Assembly (NCBI GenBank): GCA_028821145.1
Contig: JAPPHC010000012.1
Location: forward strand, 2,026-66,025
Length of the DNA: 64,000 nucleotides
Direction of reading: 5' to 3'
Source: Gammaproteobacteria bacterium
GTDB lineage: Bacteria > Pseudomonadota > Gammaproteobacteria > Steroidobacterales > Foliamicaceae
Both the position numbers and the translations under genes were made by a program. How positions within the stretch are numbered: the first letter of the stretch is position 1; each line of letters starts with the position of its first letter. The notes beneath the pieces were generated by a model, which had not been told where the DNA came from, did not search any database, and saw only the letters and a list, made by a program, of their open reading frames with translations. Shown here piece after piece: positions 19,153 through 30,223 of this stretch.

Positions 19153-19749
19153 TCAGGAGGTCGCCGCCAATCGTGCGACGTAACGCGCAATGATATCGAT
19201 TTCCAGGTTCAGCCGGCTTCCGGCGCGGCAGTCGGACAGCGTGGTCTCCCTGAGCGTGTGGGGCACCAGGTTGACCGAAAACGAGTCCGTGGAGACGTCA
19301 TTGACCGTCAGGCTCACGCCGTCAAGCGCCACCGATCCCTTGGGTGCGATGAACCTGTTCAACTCCCGGGGCGCGGAAAGGACCAGTTCGACGGAGCGCC
19401 CGTCTTCGCGAACCTGAACCACCTCGGCGGCGCCGTCCACGTGGCCCATCACGAAATGCCCGCCCAGAGCGTCTCCGGCCGCAAGGGCCGGCTCGAGATT
19501 GACGCTCTGCCCGACGGTCCATTCCCCCAGCACCGTGTCGGCAAGCGTTCTCGCCGAAACGTCCATGGCCACGACGCCCTTCGTGGATTCCACGATCGTC
19601 AGGCAGACCCCGCTGACGCAGAGGCTGGCGCCGACTTCCAGCGCCGGGAGGGCGATTCCACGGGTGTCGATGCGCAGCCGCCGGTCGCCGCTGTCGAAGG
19701 CGTCCACTCCGATGACCGTGCCGACGGTCTGGACAATGCCGGTGAACAC
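19153..19749 (-). CDS. ribE: Riboflavin synthase
   Basis: MFTGIV N-terminus, GGHFVMGHVD, KGSVALDGVSLTV. Confidence 0.95.
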   Translation of the reverse strand: MFTGIVQTVGTVIGVDAFDSGDRRLRIDTRGIALPALEVGASLCVSGVCLTIVESTKGVVAMDVSARTLADTVLGEWTVGQSVNLEPALAAGDALGGHFVMGHVDGAAEVVQVREDGRSVELVLSAPRELNRFIAPKGSVALDGVSLTVNDVSTDSFSVNLVPHTLRETTLSDCRAGSRLNLEIDIIARYVARLAATS

Positions 19750-19750
19750 G

Positions 19751-20899
19751 TCAGTCCTCCGCCGGCGCGAGTATCAGCCGAACGTCGGGCCCCACCCTGC
19801 CCGCTTCCAGCACCCGGAACGAAGGCCGCTGGCTCATGTCCTTAAGCGGGGCGAGCCGGAACAGCCCGGCGGCGCCGTCGCCCAGAAGGACCGGCGCGGT
19901 ATACAGCACCACCTCGTCGATGAGCTTCCCGGCCAGCAACGCCCCGCACAGAACCGCGCCCGCCTCCACGTGGATCTCGTTGAATTCCATGTCCGCCAGC
20001 AGTCCCATCGCGGCGGGAAGCGAAACGTGCCCGTCGTTTCCGGCAGGCAGTCTGCAAACGGCCGCCCCGGCGTTCGACAGGTCCGACGCCCGGCGCCTTG
20101 CGGCCTCGTCATCCGGCGCGCAGTGCAGCACGTGAATGTCGCCGGGCCGGTCGAACAGCCGCGCATCGGGAGGCGTACGCAGTTTCGAGTCCAGGACAAC
20201 CCGGGCCGGCGGCTTGATTTCGCCCAGGTCGTCGCGCCGCGCATCAAGGCGGGGATCGTCCGCAAGCAGTGTGCCGATGCCCGTGAGCACCGCCGAACTG
20301 CGGGCGCGCCAGCCGTGTCCGTCGCGGCGCGCCTCGGAAGAAGTAATCCACTGGCTCACGCGGTTGGCCAGCGCGGTGCGGCCATCGAGGCTGGCGGCCA
20401 ACTTTACGCGCACCCAGGGCCGGCCGCGTTCCCAGCGGGACAGATAGCCGGGGTTCAGTTCCCGGGCCTGCGCTTCCAGCACTCCGCCCTGGGCGTCGAT
20501 GCCGGCTTCGCGCAGCCGCTGTGCGCCGGCGCCCCGAACGTTCGTGTTCGGGTCCGTAAGGGCGTATACCACGCACGTCACGCCTGCGGCCGCCAGGGCG
20601 TCCGCGCAAGGGCCGGTGCGCCCGCGATGCGCGCAGGGTTCAAGGGTTACGTAGCAGGTGGCGCCCCTGGCGGCCGCACCGGCCTCCTTCAGAGCGCGAA
20701 TCTCGGCGTGATCTTCGCCTGCGCGGCGATGCCAGCCGCCGCCCACGAGCTCGCCGTCCTTTACCAGGACGCAGCCGACGCGGGGGTTGGGGTCGGCGGT
20801 GTTCAGCCCCCTTGCGGCAAGCTCCAGCGCCTCTTTCATCCAGCGCCGGTCGGTGCGGGGATCGGCGGATTGAACGGGTCTGGCACTTTGCGACGACAT
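19751..20899 (-). CDS. ribD: Bifunctional riboflavin deaminase/reductase
   Basis: HAE...TLEPCAHRGRTGPC and KLAASLDG motifs. Confidence 0.95.
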   Translation of the reverse strand: MSSQSARPVQSADPRTDRRWMKEALELAARGLNTADPNPRVGCVLVKDGELVGGGWHRRAGEDHAEIRALKEAGAAARGATCYVTLEPCAHRGRTGPCADALAAAGVTCVVYALTDPNTNVRGAGAQRLREAGIDAQGGVLEAQARELNPGYLSRWERGRPWVRVKLAASLDGRTALANRVSQWITSSEARRDGHGWRARSSAVLTGIGTLLADDPRLDARRDDLGEIKPPARVVLDSKLRTPPDARLFDRPGDIHVLHCAPDDEAARRRASDLSNAGAAVCRLPAGNDGHVSLPAAMGLLADMEFNEIHVEAGAVLCGALLAGKLIDEVVLYTAPVLLGDGAAGLFRLAPLKDMSQRPSFRVLEAGRVGPDVRLILAPAED

Positions 20900-20914
20900 G
20901 AGCGAGACACGGCG

Positions 20915-22168
<1,254 letters not shown>

Positions 22169-22271
22169 GGGTCTCCGGCAGGTACGTCGTTTTTCGGGAA
22201 ATTTCGTCGCAATTAAAAGCGGGGGATTCCGTTTCGGGCAAGTGTACCGGTAACGGCGCCGAATCGGGCCG

Positions 22272-23219
22272 CTATCGGTTTTCCACCAGGCTCCCGACCA
22301 CCGCGGTCCAGGCGGAAGCCAGGTTTTCACGCGAGTAGCCGCCCCCGCCCATGGCCAGGATCCGCCCCCGGCAGGCGGACCGCGCCAATTCGCACAGGCT
22401 TTGCGTCGCATGAGCGTGCGTCGCGGCGCTGTAATTCAGCCTGCCCAGCGGGTCTCCTTGCAAACCGTCGGCGCCGCACTGCAGCAATATGAATTCGGGC
22501 GCGCATTCGCGAACGTGCGCCTCGACTTTTTCGAACGCGGCCAGAAATTGCGAATCGCCGTCTCCCGGCTGCAGGCACAGGTTGATCTTGCTGCCGTGGG
22601 CCGGCCCCCTGCCCCGCTCGTTCTCGCTGCCCGTACCGGGATACTGCCAGCGACCGTCCTCGTGAATGTCCGCGAAGAACAGGAGCGGATCGTCTTCGTA
22701 GGCATAGTAGACGCCGTCGCCGTGGTGCACGTCGATATCGACGTAGGCGATGCGCTGCACATCATGGACCGATCGCAGGGTCTCGATGACCACGCCGATG
22801 TCGTTGAGCACGCAGAAGCCCGCGGCGTGTTCCCTCCCGGCGTGATGGAGGCCCCCTATCGGCAGAAAGGCATTGCCGACCCTGCCCTGCATGATCGCAT
22901 CGGTTGCGTGGAGCGCGGCGCCCACGACGCTGCGGGCGGCTTCGAACAGCCCGCTTCGGGCCGGCGTGTCGCCCCCGTCCAGGAACCCCCGGTCCTCATC
23001 GCAGCGCCTCCTGGCGAACTCGAGGTAGTCCCGGCTGTGGAACCGCTCCAGTTCCTCCAGCCCGGCTGGCCCCGCCGACTCGACTCGGATCGCGTCCCCC
23101 AAATCGAGTCTCGCCAAGGCCTGTTCGAAGGCCCCGTGCCGGTCCAGCCCGAAGGGATGATCGCCGGACCAGCCGTAACCGGACAATTGGCTGCCGCCCA
23201 TGACCAGTGTCGGAGCCAT
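22272..23219 (-). CDS. Zn-dependent histone deacetylase family protein (AcuC-like)
   Basis: [26 protein letters not shown]...DPLG and GGGGY motifs. Confidence 0.88.
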   Translation of the reverse strand: MAPTLVMGGSQLSGYGWSGDHPFGLDRHGAFEQALARLDLGDAIRVESAGPAGLEELERFHSRDYLEFARRRCDEDRGFLDGGDTPARSGLFEAARSVVGAALHATDAIMQGRVGNAFLPIGGLHHAGREHAAGFCVLNDIGVVIETLRSVHDVQRIAYVDIDVHHGDGVYYAYEDDPLLFFADIHEDGRWQYPGTGSENERGRGPAHGSKINLCLQPGDGDSQFLAAFEKVEAHVRECAPEFILLQCGADGLQGDPLGRLNYSAATHAHATQSLCELARSACRGRILAMGGGGYSRENLASAWTAVVGSLVENR

Positions 23220-23229
23220 ACGCGCCGCC

Positions 23230-26200
23230 TCAGTCGATGGCGGAACGCGCGTTCAGGAACATCTGCATCCACGGACCATGCTCCCCCCAGCCGGGCGGAT
23301 GCCAGGAGTGCTGCGCGGACCGGAACAGCCGTTCCGGATGCGGCATCAGGGCGGTCACTCGCCCGTCCACGGATGTCAGGCCGGCCAGCCCCCCGGGCGA
23401 CCCGTTCGGATTGGCCGGGTAGACCTCGGTGGGCGCTCCGTGCCCGTCCACGAACCGGCAGGCGGCCAGGTTCGACTCTGCGCATTCCCTGCGCTGCCGG
23501 CGCGTCGCGAATTCGGCCCGTCCTTCACCGTGCGACGTCGCGATCATCAGCAGGGAGCCTTCCATGCCCGCCAGTAGCAAGGAAGGACTGGGCTCGACCC
23601 GCACGATGCTGAGCCGCGCCTCGAACTGCTCGGAACGGTTGCGGGTAAAGCGCGGCCAGTGCTCGCATCCGGGAATCAATTCCGAAATCAGGCTGAGCAT
23701 CTGGCAACCGTTGCAAACGCCCAGCGTGAACCGGTCCGGCCTCTCGAAATACCGCGCGAAGACTTCGCGCGCCCTTTCGTTCATCAGGATGGAGCGCGCC
23801 CAGCCGCCCCCGGCGCCGAGCACGTCGCCGTAGGAAAACCCGCCGCAGGCCGCGAGGCCCTGGAACCCGCTCAAGTCCTCCCCGCCGCCGAGGATGTCCG
23901 ACATGTGCACGTCCACGGCCACAAAACCGGCTTGCGTGAAGGCCGCGGCCATCTCCGCCTGACCGTTTACGCCCTGCTCGCGCAATATGGCCACCCGGGG
24001 CCGGGCGCCGCCGGCGGGCGCGCTGCGGACCTTGCCGGCCTCGCGCGGAGGATGGCCGGCTACGGCCGTCAATCCGGGATCGTTTTCGTCCAGAAGGCTT
24101 CGGAACTGCTCTTCGGCCGTCTCCGGATTGTCCCGCAGCGACTGCATGCGGTAACTCAGCTCCGACCAGCACCGGTGCAATTGCACGCGGTCGAATTCCA
24201 GCTTGCCGTCCCGGTGTCGAATCCCGATTTCGCGCGGACGCGGCGAGTCGCCCTCCGAAGCCGTGACCCCACCCAGGTCCAGCAGGCATTCATCCAGGCC
24301 GTTATCCCGGCACAGGGACCGGACTCTGTCGAGCTGGTCCTCATGAACCTGGAGCACGCCACCCGGCTCCTCGGAGAACAACCGTGCCAGGAAGTCCTGG
24401 CCTCCCGCGTCTGGCATTTCCAGTTGCAGGCCCAGGCGGCCCGCAAAGGCCATTTCGCACAAGGTAACGAAAAGCCCTCCGTCGGACCGGTCGTGCCAGG
24501 CCAGCGCAATTCCTTCCGCGGCCAGCTCGCGCAAGGTCCCGACCAGCGCGGCCAGCAGGCCGGAGTCGTCCAGGTCGGCGGGTTCGCCCCCGGATCGGCC
24601 GAACGCCTGGGCCAGGCAGCTCCCGCCCAGGCGGTTGCGGCCCGGCGACAGGTCGAACAGAAGCAGACGGGTCCCGGGCACGTCCGCCAGTTCGGGCGTC
24701 AGCGTGCGCCGCAGGTCCGATACCGGGGCAAACGCGGTCACCACCAGCGAGACCGGGGCCGTAACCACGTGCTCCCGGCCGTCGGCGTTGTTCCAGGACG
24801 TCCGCATGGAAAGCGAATCCTTGCCGACCGGCGCAGCAACCTTCAGCTCCCGGCAACAGGCCGACAGGGCTTCGACGGCCATGCGCAGGGCCGATGCCTG
24901 GCCCGGCTCGGCCGGCGCCGCCATCCAGTTGGCGGAAATGCGAACATGGGCCGCCTGTCCGATGTCGGCGGCGGCGATATTCGTCAATGCCTCCGCCAGG
25001 GCCAGGCGGCTGGCCGCGGCCGGATCGATGACGGCCACGGGCGTGCGTTCGCCGACCGCCATCGCTTCCCCGGCGTGGCCGTAGAAGTCGCGCGCCGTCA
25101 CGGCCACGTCGCTGACGGGAACCTGCCAGGGCCCGATCAATTGATCTCGCGCAACCAGTCCGCCGACGGTCCGGTCCCCGATGTGGATCAGGAAGGACTT
25201 GTCGGCCACCGCGGGCATGGACAGGACGCGCTTCGCGGCCTCTTCGGGATCGATGCCGTCCAGTTCCAGGGAGTCCGCGCGCGGCCGGTGTTCCGACAGG
25301 CGCATGGTCATGCCGGACGCCCCGCCGAACAGCAGGTCAAGCGGCATGTCCACCGGCGGCGGCCCCGAGTCGCGAAGCAGCCGTATCCGGCCGTTGTCGT
25401 CCATCCGGCCGAGCAGCGACCAGGGACAGCGCTCCCGCCGGCACAGCGCCTCGAATTCCTCCAGCCGCGCCCCGTCCACGGCCAGCATGTAGCGTTCCTG
25501 CGCCTCGTTGCACCAGGTTTCAAGCGGCGACATGCCCGGGTCGGCGCTCGGAATGGCGTCGTAGGCAAGGTCCGCGCCCCTTCCGCTGTCGTGCAGCAAC
25601 TCCGGAATCGCGTTGGACAGCCCCCCGGCTCCCACGTCGTGGATGCCGAGAATCGGGTTCCCGCCCTCCTCCGCAAGGCCCAGTTCGCAGCAGCGGTCGA
25701 TGACCTCCTGCGCGCGCCGCTGCATCTCGGCGTTGCCGCGCTGCACCGATGCGTAGTCGAGTTCCTCATGATCGGCGCCGCTGCCCCTGGAGGAAGCGGA
25801 ACCGCCGCCCACTCCGATCCGCATGGCCGGTCCCCCCAGAACGACCACCAGCGACCCCGGCGGTGACTTGAGCTTGTGCACGTCGGGGTCGCGAACGGCG
25901 CTCACGCCGCCGGCGATCATGATCGGCTTGTGGTAGCCCCAGTGGCGCGCGCCGTCCTGTTCGAAGCAACGGAAATATCCCGACACCGCGGGGCGGCCGA
26001 ACTCGTTATTGAACGACGCCGCCCCGATCGGCGCCTCCAGCATGATCTGCAGAGGAGAGGCAAGTCGGCCGGGCCGCTCGATTCGGTTCTCCCAGGGCCG
26101 GGCCGCATCGGGGATCCTGAGATCGGAAACAGTAAACCCGGTCATTCCAGCCTTGGGCCGGGCGCCGCGTCCCGTGGCCGCGCCGTCACGAATCTCGCCC

Positions 26201-27132
26201 CCCGCTCCCGTCGCGGCGCCGGGAAAGGGCGAGATCGCCGTGGGGTGATTGTGCGTTTCCACCTTGATGCAGGTATGCGCCGGCTCGTCAAAGACGGTGT
26301 ATTCCTGTCCAGCGGCGCTCACGAACAGCCGGCGGGCCGGTCCGCCCGAGATGACCGCGGCATTGTCGACGTATGCCGACAGCAATCCCTCCGGGCTGCG
26401 CGCCGAGGTCAGGCGGATTAGGTCGAAGAGCGAATGCTTCAGCGGTTGCTCTCCATCCCACCAGTCGGCATTGAAAATCTTGTGCCGGCAATGCTCGGAG
26501 TTGACCTGCGCGAACATCATCAGTTCGGCGTCTGTCGGGTCGCGTCCCAACGCCCCGAAACCCTCTTCCAGGTAGGCAATCTCCTCCGGAGACAAGGCCA
26601 GGGCCATTTCCCGGTTGGCCCGTTCCAGCGCCGCGCGGCCTTCCGCCAGCAGGGGGACCGCTTCCGGCGGCCGGGGAGATTCCGGGGCGAACAGTTCCTC
26701 CAGCGGAACGCCGTCAGGCAACAGGTCCTGGGTCATGCGGTCGAACAGCTCGGCGCGCGCTTCCCGGCCCAGGGTCCTCGAAGCGGCGATCCGGTAGCGC
26801 ACGGCGCGTTCGATGCGATGCGTACTCGGAAAACCGCACAGGCGCGCAATCTCGCTGGCCTTGGTGGACCATGGCGAGATGCTGCCGCGCCGGGGGAGCG
26901 CCAGGAGCACCTCTCCGGCGTCGTCGAATTCCGGCTGCGGCCAGTCCGGTCCGTAGTTCAGCAGATCACGCAGGCGGTCGAGTTCGGCGCCTTCCGGTTC
27001 TGGATCGATGCTGACAAGGTGAACGAACCTGGCGCTTACTTCCCGGACGCCCGGTTCCCGGGCCCGCAAACGGCTCAGGAGTTGCTTGCGTCGGAACGGA
27101 GATAGTGCGCCGGAACCTGGAAGCGCCAGCAT
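23230..27132 (-). CDS. purL: Phosphoribosylformylglycinamidine synthase (large single-chain form)
   Basis: [28 protein letters not shown] and MPHPER motifs. Confidence 0.97.
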   Translation of the reverse strand: MLALPGSGALSPFRRKQLLSRLRAREPGVREVSARFVHLVSIDPEPEGAELDRLRDLLNYGPDWPQPEFDDAGEVLLALPRRGSISPWSTKASEIARLCGFPSTHRIERAVRYRIAASRTLGREARAELFDRMTQDLLPDGVPLEELFAPESPRPPEAVPLLAEGRAALERANREMALALSPEEIAYLEEGFGALGRDPTDAELMMFAQVNSEHCRHKIFNADWWDGEQPLKHSLFDLIRLTSARSPEGLLSAYVDNAAVISGGPARRLFVSAAGQEYTVFDEPAHTCIKVETHNHPTAISPFPGAATGAGGEIRDGAATGRGARPKAGMTGFTVSDLRIPDAARPWENRIERPGRLASPLQIMLEAPIGAASFNNEFGRPAVSGYFRCFEQDGARHWGYHKPIMIAGGVSAVRDPDVHKLKSPPGSLVVVLGGPAMRIGVGGGSASSRGSGADHEELDYASVQRGNAEMQRRAQEVIDRCCELGLAEEGGNPILGIHDVGAGGLSNAIPELLHDSGRGADLAYDAIPSADPGMSPLETWCNEAQERYMLAVDGARLEEFEALCRRERCPWSLLGRMDDNGRIRLLRDSGPPPVDMPLDLLFGGASGMTMRLSEHRPRADSLELDGIDPEEAAKRVLSMPAVADKSFLIHIGDRTVGGLVARDQLIGPWQVPVSDVAVTARDFYGHAGEAMAVGERTPVAVIDPAAASRLALAEALTNIAAADIGQAAHVRISANWMAAPAEPGQASALRMAVEALSACCRELKVAAPVGKDSLSMRTSWNNADGREHVVTAPVSLVVTAFAPVSDLRRTLTPELADVPGTRLLLFDLSPGRNRLGGSCLAQAFGRSGGEPADLDDSGLLAALVGTLRELAAEGIALAWHDRSDGGLFVTLCEMAFAGRLGLQLEMPDAGGQDFLARLFSEEPGGVLQVHEDQLDRVRSLCRDNGLDECLLDLGGVTASEGDSPRPREIGIRHRDGKLEFDRVQLHRCWSELSYRMQSLRDNPETAEEQFRSLLDENDPGLTAVAGHPPREAGKVRSAPAGGARPRVAILREQGVNGQAEMAAAFTQAGFVAVDVHMSDILGGGEDLSGFQGLAACGGFSYGDVLGAGGGWARSILMNERAREVFARYFERPDRFTLGVCNGCQMLSLISELIPGCEHWPRFTRNRSEQFEARLSIVRVEPSPSLLLAGMEGSLLMIATSHGEGRAEFATRRQRRECAESNLAACRFVDGHGAPTEVYPANPNGSPGGLAGLTSVDGRVTALMPHPERLFRSAQHSWHPPGWGEHGPWMQMFLNARSAID

Positions 27133-27142
27133 TCTTTGGCCC

Positions 27143-27478
27143 CTAGTCGGAGCCAGCCCCTCCAGGGGCATACACAGGCGCCGGAAACTGCGTCACGTTG
27201 CCCTCCTCGGCGGACGAAATCTTGCTCACGCCGCGCTTCTCCACTTCGTCGATGCGCAAAACGCAATGCAGGGGAATATAGGTGCGGCGCACTCCGGAGA
27301 ACTCGGATTTGATCTTCTCCTCGCCCGGGTCCACGACCAGCGACGTGCGCTTGCCGAACTCCATTCCGTCCACTTCGACGAACCCGAACATTCCGCCCTG
27401 GGAAACCCCGCGGGCGTACATTTCGTAGACCTTGCCCTGGTTCAGGAAGCTGATGCGATAAAGGGGCTTGGCCGCCAT
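27143..27478 (-). CDS. DUF1820-family protein
   Basis: [12 protein letters not shown]...FGFVEV...VVDPGEEK...[11 protein letters not shown] pattern. Confidence 0.75.
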   Translation of the reverse strand: MAAKPLYRISFLNQGKVYEMYARGVSQGGMFGFVEVDGMEFGKRTSLVVDPGEEKIKSEFSGVRRTYIPLHCVLRIDEVEKRGVSKISSAEEGNVTQFPAPVYAPGGAGSD

Positions 27479-27489
27479 GATCGGGGCGA

Positions 27490-27519
27490 ATTATAACGGT
27501 TCGTGTCCTTGCGTTTGAA
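27490..27519 (-). promoter_or_regulatory. Putative sigma70 promoter for DUF1820-purL
   Basis: Minus strand TTCAAA-18 nt-TATAAT, ending 11 nt before the ATG. Confidence 0.5.
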
Positions 27520-27539
27520 GATAGTAATTCAAGACGAAT

Positions 27540-27558
27540 AATAATGATTCTCATTTAT
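27540..27558. promoter_or_regulatory. Putative Fur box upstream of feoAB
   Basis: AATAATGATTCTCATTTAT matches GATAATGATAATCATTATC at 13/19 positions, in an AT-rich patch 40 nt before feoA. Confidence 0.7.
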
Positions 27559-27598
27559 GTTAGACTCACAATCCGCTTGAACCTTCAACAACGTTACT

Positions 27599-27847
27599 TT
27601 GGCGAGAGAAATCGGTCTTGACGAATTGCCGACGGGCTGCGGGAGCGAAATCCGCGCCGTCAACGGCGAAGGGCGGGACTCCCGGGAGCTCCTGACGCTG
27701 GGGCTGGTGCCCGGAGTCCGCGTTCGGGTTTTGCGTCGCGGCATAGGTGGCGATCCCCTGGAAATCGTCGCCGGTGGCCATCCCGTTTGCCTGCGGCGGG
27801 ATCAATCACGCATGATTCGCGTCCTGGCGGCCACAGACAAGTCCTGA
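27599..27847 (+). CDS. feoA: Ferrous iron transport protein A
   Basis: LLTLGLVPG...GDPLEI...LRR pattern, upstream of feoB; TTG start. Confidence 0.88.
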   Translation: MAREIGLDELPTGCGSEIRAVNGEGRDSRELLTLGLVPGVRVRVLRRGIGGDPLEIVAGGHPVCLRRDQSRMIRVLAATDKS

Positions 27848-27855
27848 ATCCCGCC

Positions 27856-30015
27856 ATGCCCCGCCGCCCGCTGATCGCGGTCCTGGGTTGCCCCAACACG
27901 GGCAAGAGCACTGTTTTCAACCGACTTACCGGTCTCAGGCAACGAACCGGGAATTATCCGGGCGTAACCGTCGAGAAGATCACAGGTGTCGCGCGCCTCG
28001 GAAAACACGAGGTGGAACTGGTGGATCTTCCCGGCACCTATTCACTGGCCGCGGACGGGCCGGAATCCGGAATCACGCTGGACGTCGTACTTGGAATGGC
28101 CGAGGGGATTCCTCGGCCAGATGCCCTTTTGCTCGTGGCCGACGCCACCAACCTGCGGCGGAGCCTGTACCTCTTTTCCCAGACGCGGGAGCTCGGGCTG
28201 CCGGTAGCGGTCGCGCTGAACATGCAGGACGTGGCCAAGCGCCAGGGAGAAACACTGGACGCCCAGGCGCTTGCGGGCCAGCTCTTGGCTCCGGTCGCGC
28301 CGATGACCGCGAACCGCGGAAAGGGAATTCAGGGACTTCGTTCAATCCTGCAACGGCTGCTTGCCGGGTCCGCGGCCCCGGCGGCCGCGATCATGCCGGA
28401 GGTGCGGGAGGAGGCGGCCAAAATGCGGACAAACCTGGGTACGCCTGCGCCTGAGATTCCGTGCCTGGAGCGCGCAATCATCGATACCGGGGGAGAGTTT
28501 GAACGGCGATTGCTTGAATCGGGCGGACAGAAGGCCCGGGAGGTGCTGGAAACAACGCGGGGCCGATTACATAGGCAAGCCGGCCGGGAGAGCCTGCAAA
28601 GCCGCGAGGCGCGCCGGCGCTACGGCCAGGTGGACGAGTGGCTCGCAGGGATCGGAGTGCCGGGCCGGGCGGCTGGTCCGGCTCGGACCGGATGGGTGGA
28701 GCGCATGGTCAGCCATCCCGTCACCGGCCCCATCGTGTTTCTTGCCGTGATGAGCGCGGTGTTTCAGGCGGTGTTCGCCTGGGCCACCCCGCTGATGGAC
28801 GCAATCAGTACTTTCTTTGAAGATGCGGGCGCCCTGGCCCTCGCGACGCTGCCGGCCGGCGCCCTCTCCAGCCTGCTGATCGACGGCTTGTGGTCCGGCG
28901 TGGGCGCGGTTGTCGTCTTCGTTCCTCAGATCGTGTTCCTGTTTGCCCTGGTTCTGTTTCTCGAAGACTGCGGCTACATGGCCCGGGCTTCGTTTCTGAT
29001 GGACCGGCTGCTGAGAATCTGCGGACTGTCGGGACAATCGTTCATTCCCCTGCTCTCCGGCTTTGCCTGCGCGGTGCCTGCCATCATGGCCACGAGAGTG
29101 GTCGGAGATCGCCGGGCACGGCTCGCCACCATCGTGGCGATTCCCCTGATGACCTGTTCCGCGCGCCTTCCCGTGTACGCGCTGCTGATATCCGGGTTCG
29201 TGCCTCCCGCCTACTACCTGAACGGATGGATCAATCTCCACGGCCTGATCCTGCTGGGCCTGTACCTGCTGGGAATCGCCGGCGGCGCCGCGAGTGCGTT
29301 TCTGACGCGGCGCATTGCGTTGCGCGGCGCGGGCGCTTCGTTTTTCATGGAAATGCCACCGTTCCGGTGGCCGAACGCTCGGGTTCTCGCGCTCAAGCTG
29401 ACGGCAAAGGTGCGGGTGTTTCTCACCAGGGCCGGAACCGTCATTGCCGCGGCCTGCGTAATGATCTGGGCGCTCGGATACTTTCCGCGTTCGGACCTGA
29501 TTGCAAACGACTTCGCGAACCGGCGCGCGGATTTGGCCGTGCTGGCGGAAGAACCGGCTGACATGCAAACCCGGCTTCGCCGTCTCAACGCGGAAGAGCG
29601 CGCGGCCCAACTGGAGTACAGCCTGCTGGGGCGCGTAGGCAAGACCATCGAACCGGTGTTCAGGCCGTTGGGATGGGATTGGCGGGTATCGGCTTCCGTG
29701 GTCGCGGGTTTCCCTGCACGCGAGGTCGTGATCGGAGTAATGGGAACCGTCTATGCGCTGGGCTCCGAGTCTGAAGACAGCGTGGGGTTGAGAGAACGAT
29801 TGCAGGCGTCGCGATGGCCGGACGGGCGTCCCGTGTTTACCCTGGCCATGGCCCTGGGACTATTGGTCTTCTATGCCTTTGCCCTCCAGTGCGTTTCCAC
29901 TGTAGCGGTCATAGGCAGGGAAACGAACAGTTGGCGATGGGCCGCGGGGGCCTGGATTTATATGTCCGGTTTCGCCTGGCTGGCCGGCATGCTCACGTAC
30001 CAGGTAGCGGCGTGA
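27856..30015 (+). CDS. feoB: Ferrous iron transport protein B
   Basis: GCPNTGKS, GNYPGVTVE and DLPGTYSL GTPase motifs plus gate domains (GFACAVPA, CSARLPVY). Confidence 0.96.
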   Translation: MPRRPLIAVLGCPNTGKSTVFNRLTGLRQRTGNYPGVTVEKITGVARLGKHEVELVDLPGTYSLAADGPESGITLDVVLGMAEGIPRPDALLLVADATNLRRSLYLFSQTRELGLPVAVALNMQDVAKRQGETLDAQALAGQLLAPVAPMTANRGKGIQGLRSILQRLLAGSAAPAAAIMPEVREEAAKMRTNLGTPAPEIPCLERAIIDTGGEFERRLLESGGQKAREVLETTRGRLHRQAGRESLQSREARRRYGQVDEWLAGIGVPGRAAGPARTGWVERMVSHPVTGPIVFLAVMSAVFQAVFAWATPLMDAISTFFEDAGALALATLPAGALSSLLIDGLWSGVGAVVVFVPQIVFLFALVLFLEDCGYMARASFLMDRLLRICGLSGQSFIPLLSGFACAVPAIMATRVVGDRRARLATIVAIPLMTCSARLPVYALLISGFVPPAYYLNGWINLHGLILLGLYLLGIAGGAASAFLTRRIALRGAGASFFMEMPPFRWPNARVLALKLTAKVRVFLTRAGTVIAAACVMIWALGYFPRSDLIANDFANRRADLAVLAEEPADMQTRLRRLNAEERAAQLEYSLLGRVGKTIEPVFRPLGWDWRVSASVVAGFPAREVVIGVMGTVYALGSESEDSVGLRERLQASRWPDGRPVFTLAMALGLLVFYAFALQCVSTVAVIGRETNSWRWAAGAWIYMSGFAWLAGMLTYQVAA

Positions 30016-30161
30016 CCGTGGGCGTGCAGGAAGCGTTGGCGCTTTTGATCGTGGCGCTGATCGCAGGCGCATTCGTTTTCCGGCGGATACGCGCTCGTCG
30101 CCGCAGGAAGGACTCCGGCGAAACCAGTGTTTCGCCGGACGAAATCAGCCGCCGCCGCTAG
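30012..30161 (+). CDS. Small (49 aa) FeoB-associated single-pass membrane protein
   Basis: GTG overlaps the feoB stop (GTGA); TM segment ALALLIVALIAGAFVF followed by a basic stretch. Confidence 0.6.
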   Translation: MTVGVQEALALLIVALIAGAFVFRRIRARRRRKDSGETSVSPDEISRRR

Positions 30162-30163
30162 CT

Positions 30164-30218
30164 CCTGGGTGGGAAGGCGTCTCGCCTTCCTGGAGGGCGG
30201 GACGCCCTCCAGCCCAGG
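30164..30218. terminator. Branched double hairpin between convergent genes (bidirectional terminator or REP-like)
   Basis: CCTGGG[GGAAGGCG-TCT-CGCCTTCC][TGGAGGGCG-GGA-CGCCCTCCA]CCCAGG. Confidence 0.6.
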
Positions 30219-30223
30219 CAAAT

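Noticed and set aside
22169..22271. Possible ZMP/ZTP or glycine riboswitch upstream of glyA
   Set aside because: No recognisable conserved riboswitch core by eye; the spacer is short and shows only a -10-like TACACT. An Rfam scan would settle it.
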